From positions 26,939-90,938 of the forward strand of contig CAXHJY010000871.1 in assembly GCA_964016885.1 (NCBI GenBank): a stretch of 64,000 nucleotides of DNA, read 5' to 3'. A program made the position numbers and the translations under genes. Source of the DNA: Eledone cirrhosa. Taxonomy: Eukaryota. The notes beneath the pieces were generated by a model. The model saw nothing but the letters and a program-made list of their open reading frames with translations. It searched no databases and had not been told where the DNA came from. Below, piece by piece: positions 1 through 10,600 of the stretch (positions are counted from its first letter, which is position 1; every line of letters starts with the position of its first letter).

Positions 1-222
1 GGAGAGATAATTTTCAGCCGTCCAAGGAGAGGTAATTTCTAGCCGTCCAAGGGGAGATAATTTCCAGCCGTCCAAGGGGAGATAATTTCCAGCCGTCCAA
101 CGAGACATATTTTCCAGCCGTCCAAGGAGAGGTAATTTCTAGCCGTCCAAGGAGAGATAATTTCCAGCCGTCCAAGGGGAGATAAATTCCAGCCTCCAAG
201 GGGAGATAATTTCCAGCCAGCC
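1..222 (+). repeat. Representative run of type A monomers (25 bp, CAAGGGGAGATAATTTCCAGCCGTC)
   Basis: About nine consecutive ~25-bp units. They include the recurrent variants GAGAGGTAATTTCTA, CAACGAGACATATTTT, ATAAATTCCAGCCTCC (24 bp) and the run-ending CCAGCCAGC. Confidence 0.95.
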
Positions 223-1289
223 AAGGGGAGATAATTTGTAAAAAAATCAGGGGGAGATAATTTGTAAAAAAAATCAGGGGGAGATAATTTGTAAAGAAAA
301 ATCAGGGAAAGATAATTTGTAAAAAATAATCAGGGGGAGATAATTTGTAAAAAAAATCAAGGGGAGATAATTTCCAGCCGTCCAAGGGGAGATAATTTTC
401 AGCCGTCCAAGGGGAGATAATTTCCCGCCAGCCAAGGGAAGATAATATTTAAAAAAATTAGGCGGAGATAATTTGTAAAAAAAATCAGGGGGAGATAATT
501 TGTAAAAAAATCAGGTGGAGATAATTTGTAAAAAAAATCAGGGGGAGATAATTTGTAAAAAAAATCAAGGGGAGATAATTTCCAGCCGTCCAAGGGGAGG
601 TAATATCTAGCCGTCCAAGGGGAGATAATTTCCAGCCGTCCAAGGGGAGATAATTTCCACCCGTCCAAGGGTAGATAATATCCAGCCGTCCAAGGAGAAA
701 TATTTTCCAGCCGTCCAAGGAGAGGTAATTTCTAGCCGTCCAAGGGGAGAAAATTTTAAAAAAAAAATCAGGCGGAGATAATTTGTAAAAAAAATCAAGG
801 GGAGATAATTTGCAGCCGTCCAAGGGGAGATAATTATCAGTTGTCCAAGGAGAGGTAATTTCTAGCCGTCCAAGGGGAGATAATTTCCAGCCGTCCAAGG
901 GGAGATAATTTCCAGCCGTCCAAGGGGAGATAATTTGTAAAAAAAATCAGGGGGAGATAATTTGTAAAAAAAAATCGGGGGGGATAATTTGTAAAAAAAA
1001 ATCAGGGGGAGATAATTTGTAAAAAAAATCAAGCAGAGATAATTTCCAGCCGTCCAAGGGAAGATAATTTCCAGCCCTCCAAGGGGCTATAATTTCCAGT
1101 GTCCAAGGGGAGATAATTTCCAGCCAGCGAAGGGGAGATAATTTTTTTTTAAAAATCAGGGGGAGATTTGTAAAAAAAATCAGGGGGAGATAATTTGTAA
1201 AAAAAATCAAAGGGAGATAATTTCCAGCCGTCCAAAGAGAGATAATTTCTAGCCGTCCAAGGGGAGATAATTTCGAGCCAAGGGGAGAT

Positions 1290-4200
1290 AATTTCCAGCC
1301 GTCCAAGGGGAGATAATTTTTTAAAAAATCAGGTGGAGAAAATTTGTAAAAAAAATCAGGGGGAGATAATTTGTAAAAACAAAATCAAGGGCAGATAATT
1401 TCCAGCTGTCCAAGGGGAGATAATTTCCAGCCGTCCAAGGGGAGATAATTTCCAGCCGTCCAAGGGGAGATAATTTCCATCCTTCCAAGGGGATATAATT
1501 TCCAGCCGTCCAAGGGGAGATAATTTCCCGCCAGCCAAGGGAAGATAATTTTTAAAAAAATCAGGCGGAGATTGTAATAAATATCAGGGGGGACATAATT
1601 TGTAAAAAAATCAGGGGGAGATAATTTGTAAAAAAAAATCAGGGGGAGATAATTTGTAAAAAAAAATCAGGGGGAGATAATTTGTAAAAAAAAATCAGGA
1701 GGAGATAATTTGTAAAAAAAATTAGGCGTAGATAATTTGTAAAAAAAAATCAGGGGGAGATAATTTGTAAGAAAAAATCAGGGGGAGATAATTTGTTAAA
1801 AAAATCAAGGGGAGATAATTTGCAGCCGTCCAAGGGGAGATAATTTTCAGCCGTCCAAGGAGAGGTAATTTCTAGCCGTCCAAGGGGAGATAATTTCCAG
1901 CCGTCCAAGGGGAGATAATTTCCAGCCGTCCAAGGGGAGATAATTTTAAAAAAAAAATCAGGCGGAGATAATTTGTAAAAAAAAATCAGGGGGAGATAAT
2001 TCGTAAAAAAAAATCAGGGGGAGATAATTTGTAAAAAAAAATCAGGGGGAGATAATTTGTAAAAAAAAATCAAGGGGAGATACTTTCCAGCCGTCCAAGG
2101 GGAGGTAATATCTAGCCGTCCAAGGGGAGATAATTTCCAGCCGTCCAAGGGGAGATAATTTCCAGCCGTCCAAGGGGAGATAATTTCCAGCCGTCCAAGG
2201 AGACATATTATCCAGCCGTCCAAGGCGAGGTAATTTCTAGCCGTCCAAGGGGAGATAAATTCCAGCCTCCAAGGGGAGATAATTTCCAGCCGTCCAAGGG
2301 GAGATAATTTTCAGCCGTCCAAGGAGAGGTAATTTCTAGCCGTCCGAGGAGAGATAATTTCCAGCCGTCCAAGGGGAGATAATTTCCAGCCGTCCAAGGG
2401 GAGATAATTTCCAGCCGTCCAAGGAGACATATTTTCCAGCCGTCCAAGGAGAGGTAATTTCTAGCCGTACAAGGGGAGATAAATTCCAGCCTCCAAGGGG
2501 AGATAATTTCCAGCCAGCCAAGGGGAGATAATTTGTAAAAAAATCAGGGGGAGATAATTTGTAAAAAAAATCAGGGGGAGATAATTTGTAAAAAAAATCA
2601 GGGGGAGATAATTTGTAAAAAAATAATCAGGGGGAGATAATTTGTAAAAAAAATCAAGGGGAGATAATTTCCAGCCGTCCAAGGGGAGATAATTTTCAGT
2701 TGTCCAAGGAGAGGTAATTTCTAGCCGTCTAAGGGGAGATAATTTCCAGCCGTCCAAGGGGAGATAATTTCCAGCCGTCCAAGGGGAGATAATTTGTAAA
2801 AAAAATCAGAGGGACATAATTTGTAAAAAAAATCGGGGGGGATAATTTGTAAAAAAAAATCAGGGGGAGATAATTTGTAAAAAAAATCAAGCAGAGATAA
2901 TTTCCAGCCGTCCAAGGGAAGATAATTTCCAGCCCTCCAAGGGGCTATAATTTCCAGTGTCCAAGGGGAGATAATTTCCAGCCAGCGAAGGGGAGATAAT
3001 TTTTTTTAAAAAATCAGGGGGAGATTTGTAAAAAAAATCAGGGGGAGATAATTTGTAAAAAAAATCAAAGGGAGATAATTTCCAGCCGTCCAAAGAGAGA
3101 TAATTTCTAGCCGTCCAAGGGGAGATAATTTCGAGCCAAGGGGAGATAATTTCCAGCCGTCCAAGGGGAGATAATTTTTTTAAAAATCAGGTGGAGATAA
3201 TTTGTAAAAAAAATCAGGGGGAGATAATTTGTAAAAACAAAATCAAGGGCAGATAATTTCCAGCTGTCCAAGGGGAGATAATTTCCAGCCGTCCAAGGGG
3301 AGATAATTTCCAGCCGTCCAAGGGGAGATAATTTCCATCCTTCTAAGAGGATATAATTTCCAGCCGTCCAAGGGGAGATAATTTCCCGCCAGCCAAGGGA
3401 AGATAATTTTTTAAAAAATCAGGCGGAGATTGTAATAAAAATCAGGGGGAGATAATTTGTAAAAAAAAATCAGGGGGAGATAATTTGTAAAAAAAAATCA
3501 GGGGGAGATAATTTGTAAAAAAAAATCAGGGGGAGATAATTTGTAAGAAAAAATCAGGGGGAGATAATTTGTAAAAAAAAATCAGGGGGAGATAATTTGT
3601 AAAAAAAATTAGGCGTAGATAATTTGTAAAAAAAAATCAGGGGGAGATAATTTGTAAGAAAAAATCAGGGGGAAATAATTTGTTAAAAAAATCAAGGGGA
3701 GATAATTTGCAGCCGTCCAAGGGGAGATAATTTTCAGCCGTCCAAGGAGAGGTAATTTCTAGCCGTCCAAGGGGAGATAATTTCCAGCCGTCCAAGGGGA
3801 GATAATTTCCAACCGTCCAAGGGGAGATAATTTTAAAAAAAAAATCAGGCGGAGATAATTTGTAAAAAAAAATCAGGGGGAGATAATTCGTAAAAAAAAA
3901 TCAGGGGGAGATTTGTAAAAAAAAATCAGGGGGAGATAATTTGTAAAAAAAAATCAAGGGGAGATAATTTCCAGCCGTCCAAGGGGAGGTAATATCTAGC
4001 CGTCCAAGGGGAGATAATTTCCAGCCGTCCAAGGGGAGATAATTTCCAGCCGTCCAAGGGGAGATAATTTCCAGCCGTCCAAGGAGACATATTATCCAGC
4101 CGTCCAAGGCGAGGTAATTTCTAGCCGTCCAAGGGGAGATAAATTCCAGCCTCCAAGGGGAGATAATTTCCAGCCAGCCAAGGGGAGATAATTTGTAAAA

Positions 4201-7200
4201 AAATCTGGGGGAGATAATTTTTAAAAAAAATCAGGGGGAGATAATTTGTAAAAAAAAATCAGGGAAAGATAATTTGTAAAAAATAATCAGGGGGAGATAA
4301 TTTGTAAAAAAAATCAAGGGGAGATAATTTGTAAAAAAAAATCAGGGGGAGATAATTTGTAAAAAATAATCAGGGGGAGATAATTTGTAAAAAAATCAAG
4401 GGGAGATAATTTCCAGCCGTCCAAGGGGAGATAATTTTTTAAAAAATCAGGTGGAGAAAATTTGTAAAAAAAATCAGGGGGAGATAATTTGTAAAAACAA
4501 AATCAAGGGCAGATAATTTCCAGCTGTCCAAGGGGAGATAATTTCCAGCCGTCCAAGGGGAGATAATTTCCAGCCGTCCAAGGGGAGATAATTTCCATCC
4601 TTCCAAGGGGATATAATTTCCAGCCGTCCAAGGGGAGATAATTTCCCGCCAGCCAAGGGAAGATAATTTTTAAAAAAATCAGGCGGAGATTGTAATAAAT
4701 ATCAGGGGGGACATAATTTGTAAAAAAATCAGGGGGAGATAATTTGTAAAAAAAAATCAGGGGGAGATAATTTGTAAAATAAAATCAGGGGGAGATAATT
4801 TGTAAAAAAAAATCAGGAGGAGATAATTTGTAAAAAAAATTAGGCGTAGATAATTTGTAAAAAAAAATCAGGGGGAGATAATTTGTAAGAAAAAATCAGG
4901 GGGAGATAATTTGTTAAAAAAATCAAGGGGAGATAATTTGCAGCCGTCCAAGGGGAGATAATTTTCAGCCGTCCAAGGAGAGGTAATTTCTAGCCGTCCA
5001 AGGGGAGATAATTTCCAGCCGTCCAAGGGGAGATAATTTCCAGCCGTCCAAGGGGAGATAATTTTAAAAAAAAAATCAGGCGGAGATAATTTGTAAAAAA
5101 AAATCAGGGGGAGATAATTCGTAAAAAAAAATCAGGGGGAGATAATTTGTAAAAAAAAATCAGGGGGAGATAATTTGTAAAAAAAAATCAAGGGGAGATA
5201 CTTTCCAGCCGTCCAAGGGGAGGTAATATCTAGCCGTCCAAGGGGAGATAATTTCCAGCCGTCCAAGGGGAGATAATTTCCAGCCGTCCAAGGGGAGATA
5301 ATTTCCAGCCGTCCAAGGAGACATATTATCCAGCCGTCCAAGGCGAGGTAATTTCTAGCCGTCCAAGGGGAGATAAATTCCAGCCTCCAAGGGGAGATAA
5401 TTTCCAGCCAGCCAAGGGGAGATAATTTGTAAAAAATATCAGGGGGAGATAATTTGTAAAAAAAATCAGGGGGAGATAATTTGTAAAAAAAAATCAGGGG
5501 GAGATAATTTGTAAAAAAAATCAAGGGGAGATAATTTCCAGCCGTCCAAGGGGAGATAATTTTCAGCCGTCCAAGGAGAGGTAATTTCTAGCCGTCCGAG
5601 GAGAGATAATTTCCAGCCGTCCAAGGGGAGATAATTTCCAGCCGTCCAAGGGGAGATAATTTCCAGCCGTCCAAGGAGACATATTTTCCAGCCGTCCAAG
5701 GAGAGGTAATTTCTAGCCGTACAAGGGGAGATAAATTCCAGCCTCCAAGGGGAGATAATTTCCAGCCAGCCAAGGGGAGATAATTTGTAAAAAAATCAGG
5801 GGGAGATAATTTGTAAAAAAAATCAGGGGGAGATAATTTGTAAAAAAAATCAGGGGGAGATAATTTGTAAAAAAATAATCAGGGGGAGGTAATTTGTAAA
5901 AAAAATCAAGGGGAGATAATTTCCAGCCGTCCAAGGGGAGATAATTTTCAGTTGTCCAAGGAGAGGTAATTTCTAGCCGTCCAAGGGGAGATAATTTCCA
6001 GCCGTCCAAGGGGAGATAATTTCCAGCCGTCCAAGGGGAGATAATTTGTAAAAAAAATCAGAGGGACATAATTTGTTAAAAAAATCGGGGGGGATAATTT
6101 GTAAAAAAAAATCAGGGGGAGATAATTTGTAAAAAAAATCAAGCAGAGATAATTTCCAGCCGTCCAAGGGAAGATAATTTCCAGCCCTCCAAGGGGCTAT
6201 AATTTCCAGTGTCCAAGGGGAGATAATTTCCAGCCAGCGAAGGGGAGATAATTTTTTTTTAAAAATCAGGGGGAGATTTGTAAAAAAAATCAGGGGGAGA
6301 TAATTTGTAAAAAAAATCAAAGGGAGATAATTTCCAGCCGTCCAAAGAGAGATAATTTCTAGCCGTCCAAGGGGAGATAATTTCGAGCCAAGGGGAGATA
6401 ATTTCCAGCCGTCCAAGGGGAGATAATTTTTTTAAAAATCAGGTGGAGATAATTTGTAAAAAAAATCAGGGGGAGATAATTTGTAAAAACAAAATCAAGG
6501 GCAGATAATTTCCAGCTGTCCAAGGGGAGATAATTTCCAGCCGTCCAAGGGGAGATAATTTCCAGCCGTCCAAGGGGAGATAATTTCCATCTTTCCAAGA
6601 GGATATAATTTCCAGCCGTCCAAGGGGAGATAATTTCCCGCCAGCCAAGGGAAGATAATTTTTTAAAAAATCAGGCGGAGATTGTAATAAAAATCAGGGG
6701 GAGATAATTTGTAAAAAAAAATCAGGGGGAGATAATTTGTAAAAAAAAATCAGGGGGAGATAATTTGTAAAAAAAAATCAGGGAGAGATAATTTGTAAGA
6801 AAAAATCAGGGGGAGATAATTTGTAAAAAAAAATCAGGGGGAGATAATTTGTAAAAAAAATTAGGCGTAGATAATTTGTAAAAAAAAATCAGGGGGAGAT
6901 AATTTGTAAGAAAAAATCAGGGGGAAATAATTTGTTAAAAAAATCAAGGGGAGATAATTTGCAGCCGTCCAAGGGGAGATAATTTTCAGCCGTCCAAGGA
7001 GAGGTAATTTCTAGCCGTCCAAGGGGAGATAATTTCCAGCCGTCCAAGGGGAGATAATTTCCAACCGTCCAAGGGGAGATAATTTAAAAAAAAAAATCAG
7101 GCGGAGATAATTTGTAAAAAAAAATCAGGGGGAGATAATTCGTAAAAAAAAATCAGGGGGAGATTTGTAAAAAAAAATCAGGGGGAGATAATTTGTAAAA

Positions 7201-7660
7201 AAAAATCAAGGGGAGATAATTTCCAGCCGTCCAAGGGGAGGTAATATCTAGCCGTCCAAGGGGAGATAATTTCCAGCCGTCCAAGGGGAGATAATTTCCA
7301 GCCGTCCAAGGGGAGATAATTTCCAGCCGTCCAAGGAGACATATTATCCAGCCGTCCAAGGCGAGGTAATTTCTAGCCGTCCAAGGGGAGATAAATTCCA
7401 GCCTCCAAGGGGAGATAATTTCCAGCCAGCCAAGGGGAGATAATTTGTAAAAAAATCTGGGGGAGATAATTTTTAAAAAAAATCAGGGGGAGATAATTTG
7501 TAAAAAAAAATCAGGGAAAGATAATTTGTAAAAAATAATCAGGGGGAGATAATTTGTAAAAAAAATCAAGGGGAGATAATTTGTAAAAAAAAATCAGGGG
7601 GAGATAATTTGTAAAAAATAATCAGGGGGAGATAATTTGTAAAAAAATCAAGGGGAGATA
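1290..7660 (+). repeat. Higher-order tandem duplication, ~3.1-3.25 kb unit (about 1290-4405 and 4406-7660)
   Basis: Matching translated repeats are offset by 3118 bp (1356/4474, 2014/5132) and then 3252 bp (2336/5588, 2461/5713, 3901/7153). The 134-bp step is a block present only in copy 2. Both copies share rare variants such as GGGGACATAAT, GAGATACTTT and AGAGGGACAT. Confidence 0.88.
1545..1805 (+). repeat. Representative run of type B monomers (26-29 bp, CAGGGGGAGATAATTTGT-A7-10-T)
   Basis: About ten consecutive units; most length variation lies in the A-tract. Recurrent variants include GGCGGAGATTGTAATAAA, TTAGGCGTAGAT, GTAAGAAAAAA and GTTAAAAAAA. Confidence 0.95.
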
Positions 7661-10600
7661 ATTTCCAGCCGTCCAAGGGGAGATAATTTTCAGCCGTCCA
7701 AGGGGAGATAATTTCCCGCCAGCCAAGGGAAGATAATATTTAAAAAAATTAGGCGGAGATAATTTGTAAAAAAAATCAGGGGGAGATAATTTGTAAAAAA
7801 ATCAGGGGGAGATAATTTGTAAAAAAATCAGGGGTAGATAATTTGTAAAAAAAATCAAGGGGAGATAATTTCCAGCCGTCCAAGGGAAGATAATTTCCAG
7901 CCCTCCAAGGGGCTATAATTTCCAGCGTCCAAGGGGAGATAATTTCCAGCCAGCGAAGGGGAGATAATTTTTTTAAAAAAATCATTAGGACATTTGTAAA
8001 AAACATCAGGGGGAGATAATTTGTAAAAAAAATCAAGGGGAGATAATTTCCAGCCGTCCAAGGGGAGGTAATATCTAGCCGTCCAAGGGGAGATAATTTC
8101 CAGCCGTCCAAGGGGAGATAATTTCCAGCCGTCCAAGGGTAGATAATATCCAGCCGTCCAAGGACATATTTTCCAGCCGTCCAAGGAGAGGTAATTTCTA
8201 GCCGTCCAAGGGGAGATAAATTCCAGCCTCCAAGGGGAGATAGTTTCCAGCCAGCCAAGGGGAGATAATTTGTAAAAAAAATCAGGGGGAGATAATTTGT
8301 AAAAAAAAATCAGGGGGAGATAATTTGTAAAAAAAAATCAGGGGGAGATAATTTGTAAAAAAAAATCAGGGGGAGATAATTTGTAAAAAAATCAAGGGGA
8401 GATAATTTCCAGCCCTCCAAGGGGAGATAATTTTCAGCCGTCCAAGGGGAGATAATTTCCCGCCAGCCAAGGGAAGATAATATTTAAAAAAATTAGGCGG
8501 AGATAATTTGTAAAAAAAATCAGGGGGAGATAATTTGTAAAAAAATCAAGGGGAGATAATTTGCAGCCGTCCAAGGGGAGATAATTTTCAGCCGTCCAAG
8601 GAGAGGTAATTTCTAGCCGTCCAAGGGGAGATAAATTCCAGCCTCCAAGGGGAAATAATTTCCAGCCAGCCAAGGGGAGATAATTTGTAAAAAAATCAGG
8701 GGGAGATAATTTGTAAAAAATATCAGGGGGAGATAATTTGTAAATAAAAATCAGGGGGAGATAATTTGTAAAAAAAAATCAGGGGGAGATAATTTGTAAA
8801 AAAAATCAAGGGGAGATAATTTCCAGCCGTCCAAGGGGAGATGATTTTCAGCCGTCCAAGGAGAGGTAATTTCTAGCCGTCCGAGGAGAGATAATTTCCA
8901 GCCGTCCAAGGGGAGATAATTTCCAGCCGTCCAAGGGGAGATAATTTCCAGCCGTCCAAGGAGACATATTTTCCAGCCGTCCAAGGAGAGGTAATTTCTA
9001 GCCGTACAAGGGGAGATAAATTCCAGCCGTCCAAGGGGAGATAATTTAAAAAAAAAAATCAGGCGGAGATAATTTGTAAAAAAAAATCAGGGGGAGATAA
9101 TTCGTAAAAAAAAATCAGGGGGAGATAATTTGTAAAAAAATCAGGGGGAGATAATTTGTAAAAAAAAATCAAGGGGAGATAATTTCCAGCCGTCCAAGGG
9201 GAGGTAATATCTAGCCGTCCAAGGGGAGATAATTTCCAGCCGTCCAAGGGGAGATAATTTCCAGCCGTCCAAGGGGAGATAATTTCCAGCCGTCCAAGGA
9301 GACATATTATCCAGCCGTCCAAGGCGAGGTAATTTCTAGCCGTCCAAGGGGAGATAAATTCCAGCCTCCAAGGGGAGATAATTTCCAGCCAGCCAAGGGG
9401 AGATAATTTGTAAAAAATATCAGGGGGAGATAATTTGTAAAAAAAATCAGGGGGAGATAATTTGTAAATAAAAATCAGGGGGAGATAATTTGTAAAAAAA
9501 ATCAAGGGGAGATAATTTCCAGCCGTCCAAGGGGAGATAATTTTCAGCCGTCCAAGGAGAGGTAATTTCTAGCCGTCCGAGGAGAGATAATTTCCAGCCG
9601 TCCAAGGGGAGATAATTTCCAGCCGTCCAAGGGGAGATAATTTCCAGCCGTCCAAGGAGACATATTTTCCAGCCGTCCAAGGAGAGGTAATTTCTAGCCG
9701 TACAAGGGGAGATAAATTCCAGCCTCCAAGGGGAGATAATTTCCAGCCAGCCAAGGGGAGATAATTTGTAAAAAAATCAGGGGGAGATAATTTGTAAAAA
9801 AAATCAGGGGGAGATAATTTGTAAAAAAAAATCAGGGGGAGATAATTTGTAAAAAAATAATCAGGGGGAGATAATTTGTAAAAAAAATCAAGGGGAGATA
9901 ATTTCCAGCCGTCCAAGGGGAGATAATTTTCAGCCGTCCAATGAGAGGTAATTTCTAGCCGTCCAAGGGGAGATAATTTCCAGCCGTCCAAGGGGAGGTA
10001 ATTTCCAGCCGTCCAAGGGGAGATAATTTTTAAAAAAAAATCAGGCGGAGATAATTTGTAAAAAAAATCAAGGGGAGATAATTTGCAGCCGTCCAAGGGG
10101 AGATAATTTTCAGTTGTCCAAGGAGAGGTAATTTCTAGCCGTCCAAGGGGAGATAATTTCCAGCCGTCCAAGGGGAGATAATTTCCAGCCGTCCAAGGGG
10201 AGATAATTTGTAAAAAAATCAGAGGGACATAATTTTTTAAAAAAATCGGGGGGGATAATTTGTAAAAAAAAATCAGGGGGAGATAATTTGTAAAAAAAAT
10301 CAAGCAGAGATAATTTCCAGCCGTCCAAGGGAAGATAATTTCCAGCCCTCCAAGGGGCTATAATTTCCAGTGTCCAAGGGGAGATAATTTCCAGCCAGCG
10401 AAGGGGAGATAATTTTTTTTAAAAAATCAGGGGGAGATTTGTAAAAAAATCAGGGGGAGATAATTTGTAAAAAAAATCAAATGGAGATAATTTCCAGCCG
10501 TCCAAAGAGAGATAATTTCTAGCCGTCCAAGGGGAGATAATTTCGAGCCAAGGGGAGATAATTTCCAGCCGTCCAAGGGGAGATAATTTTTTTAAAAATC

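Noticed and set aside
1545-1805. A-tracts as retrotransposon poly(A) tails or Rho-independent terminators
   Set aside because: The tracts are 7-10 nt integral parts of the B monomer, with no element body, target-site duplication or preceding GC hairpin.
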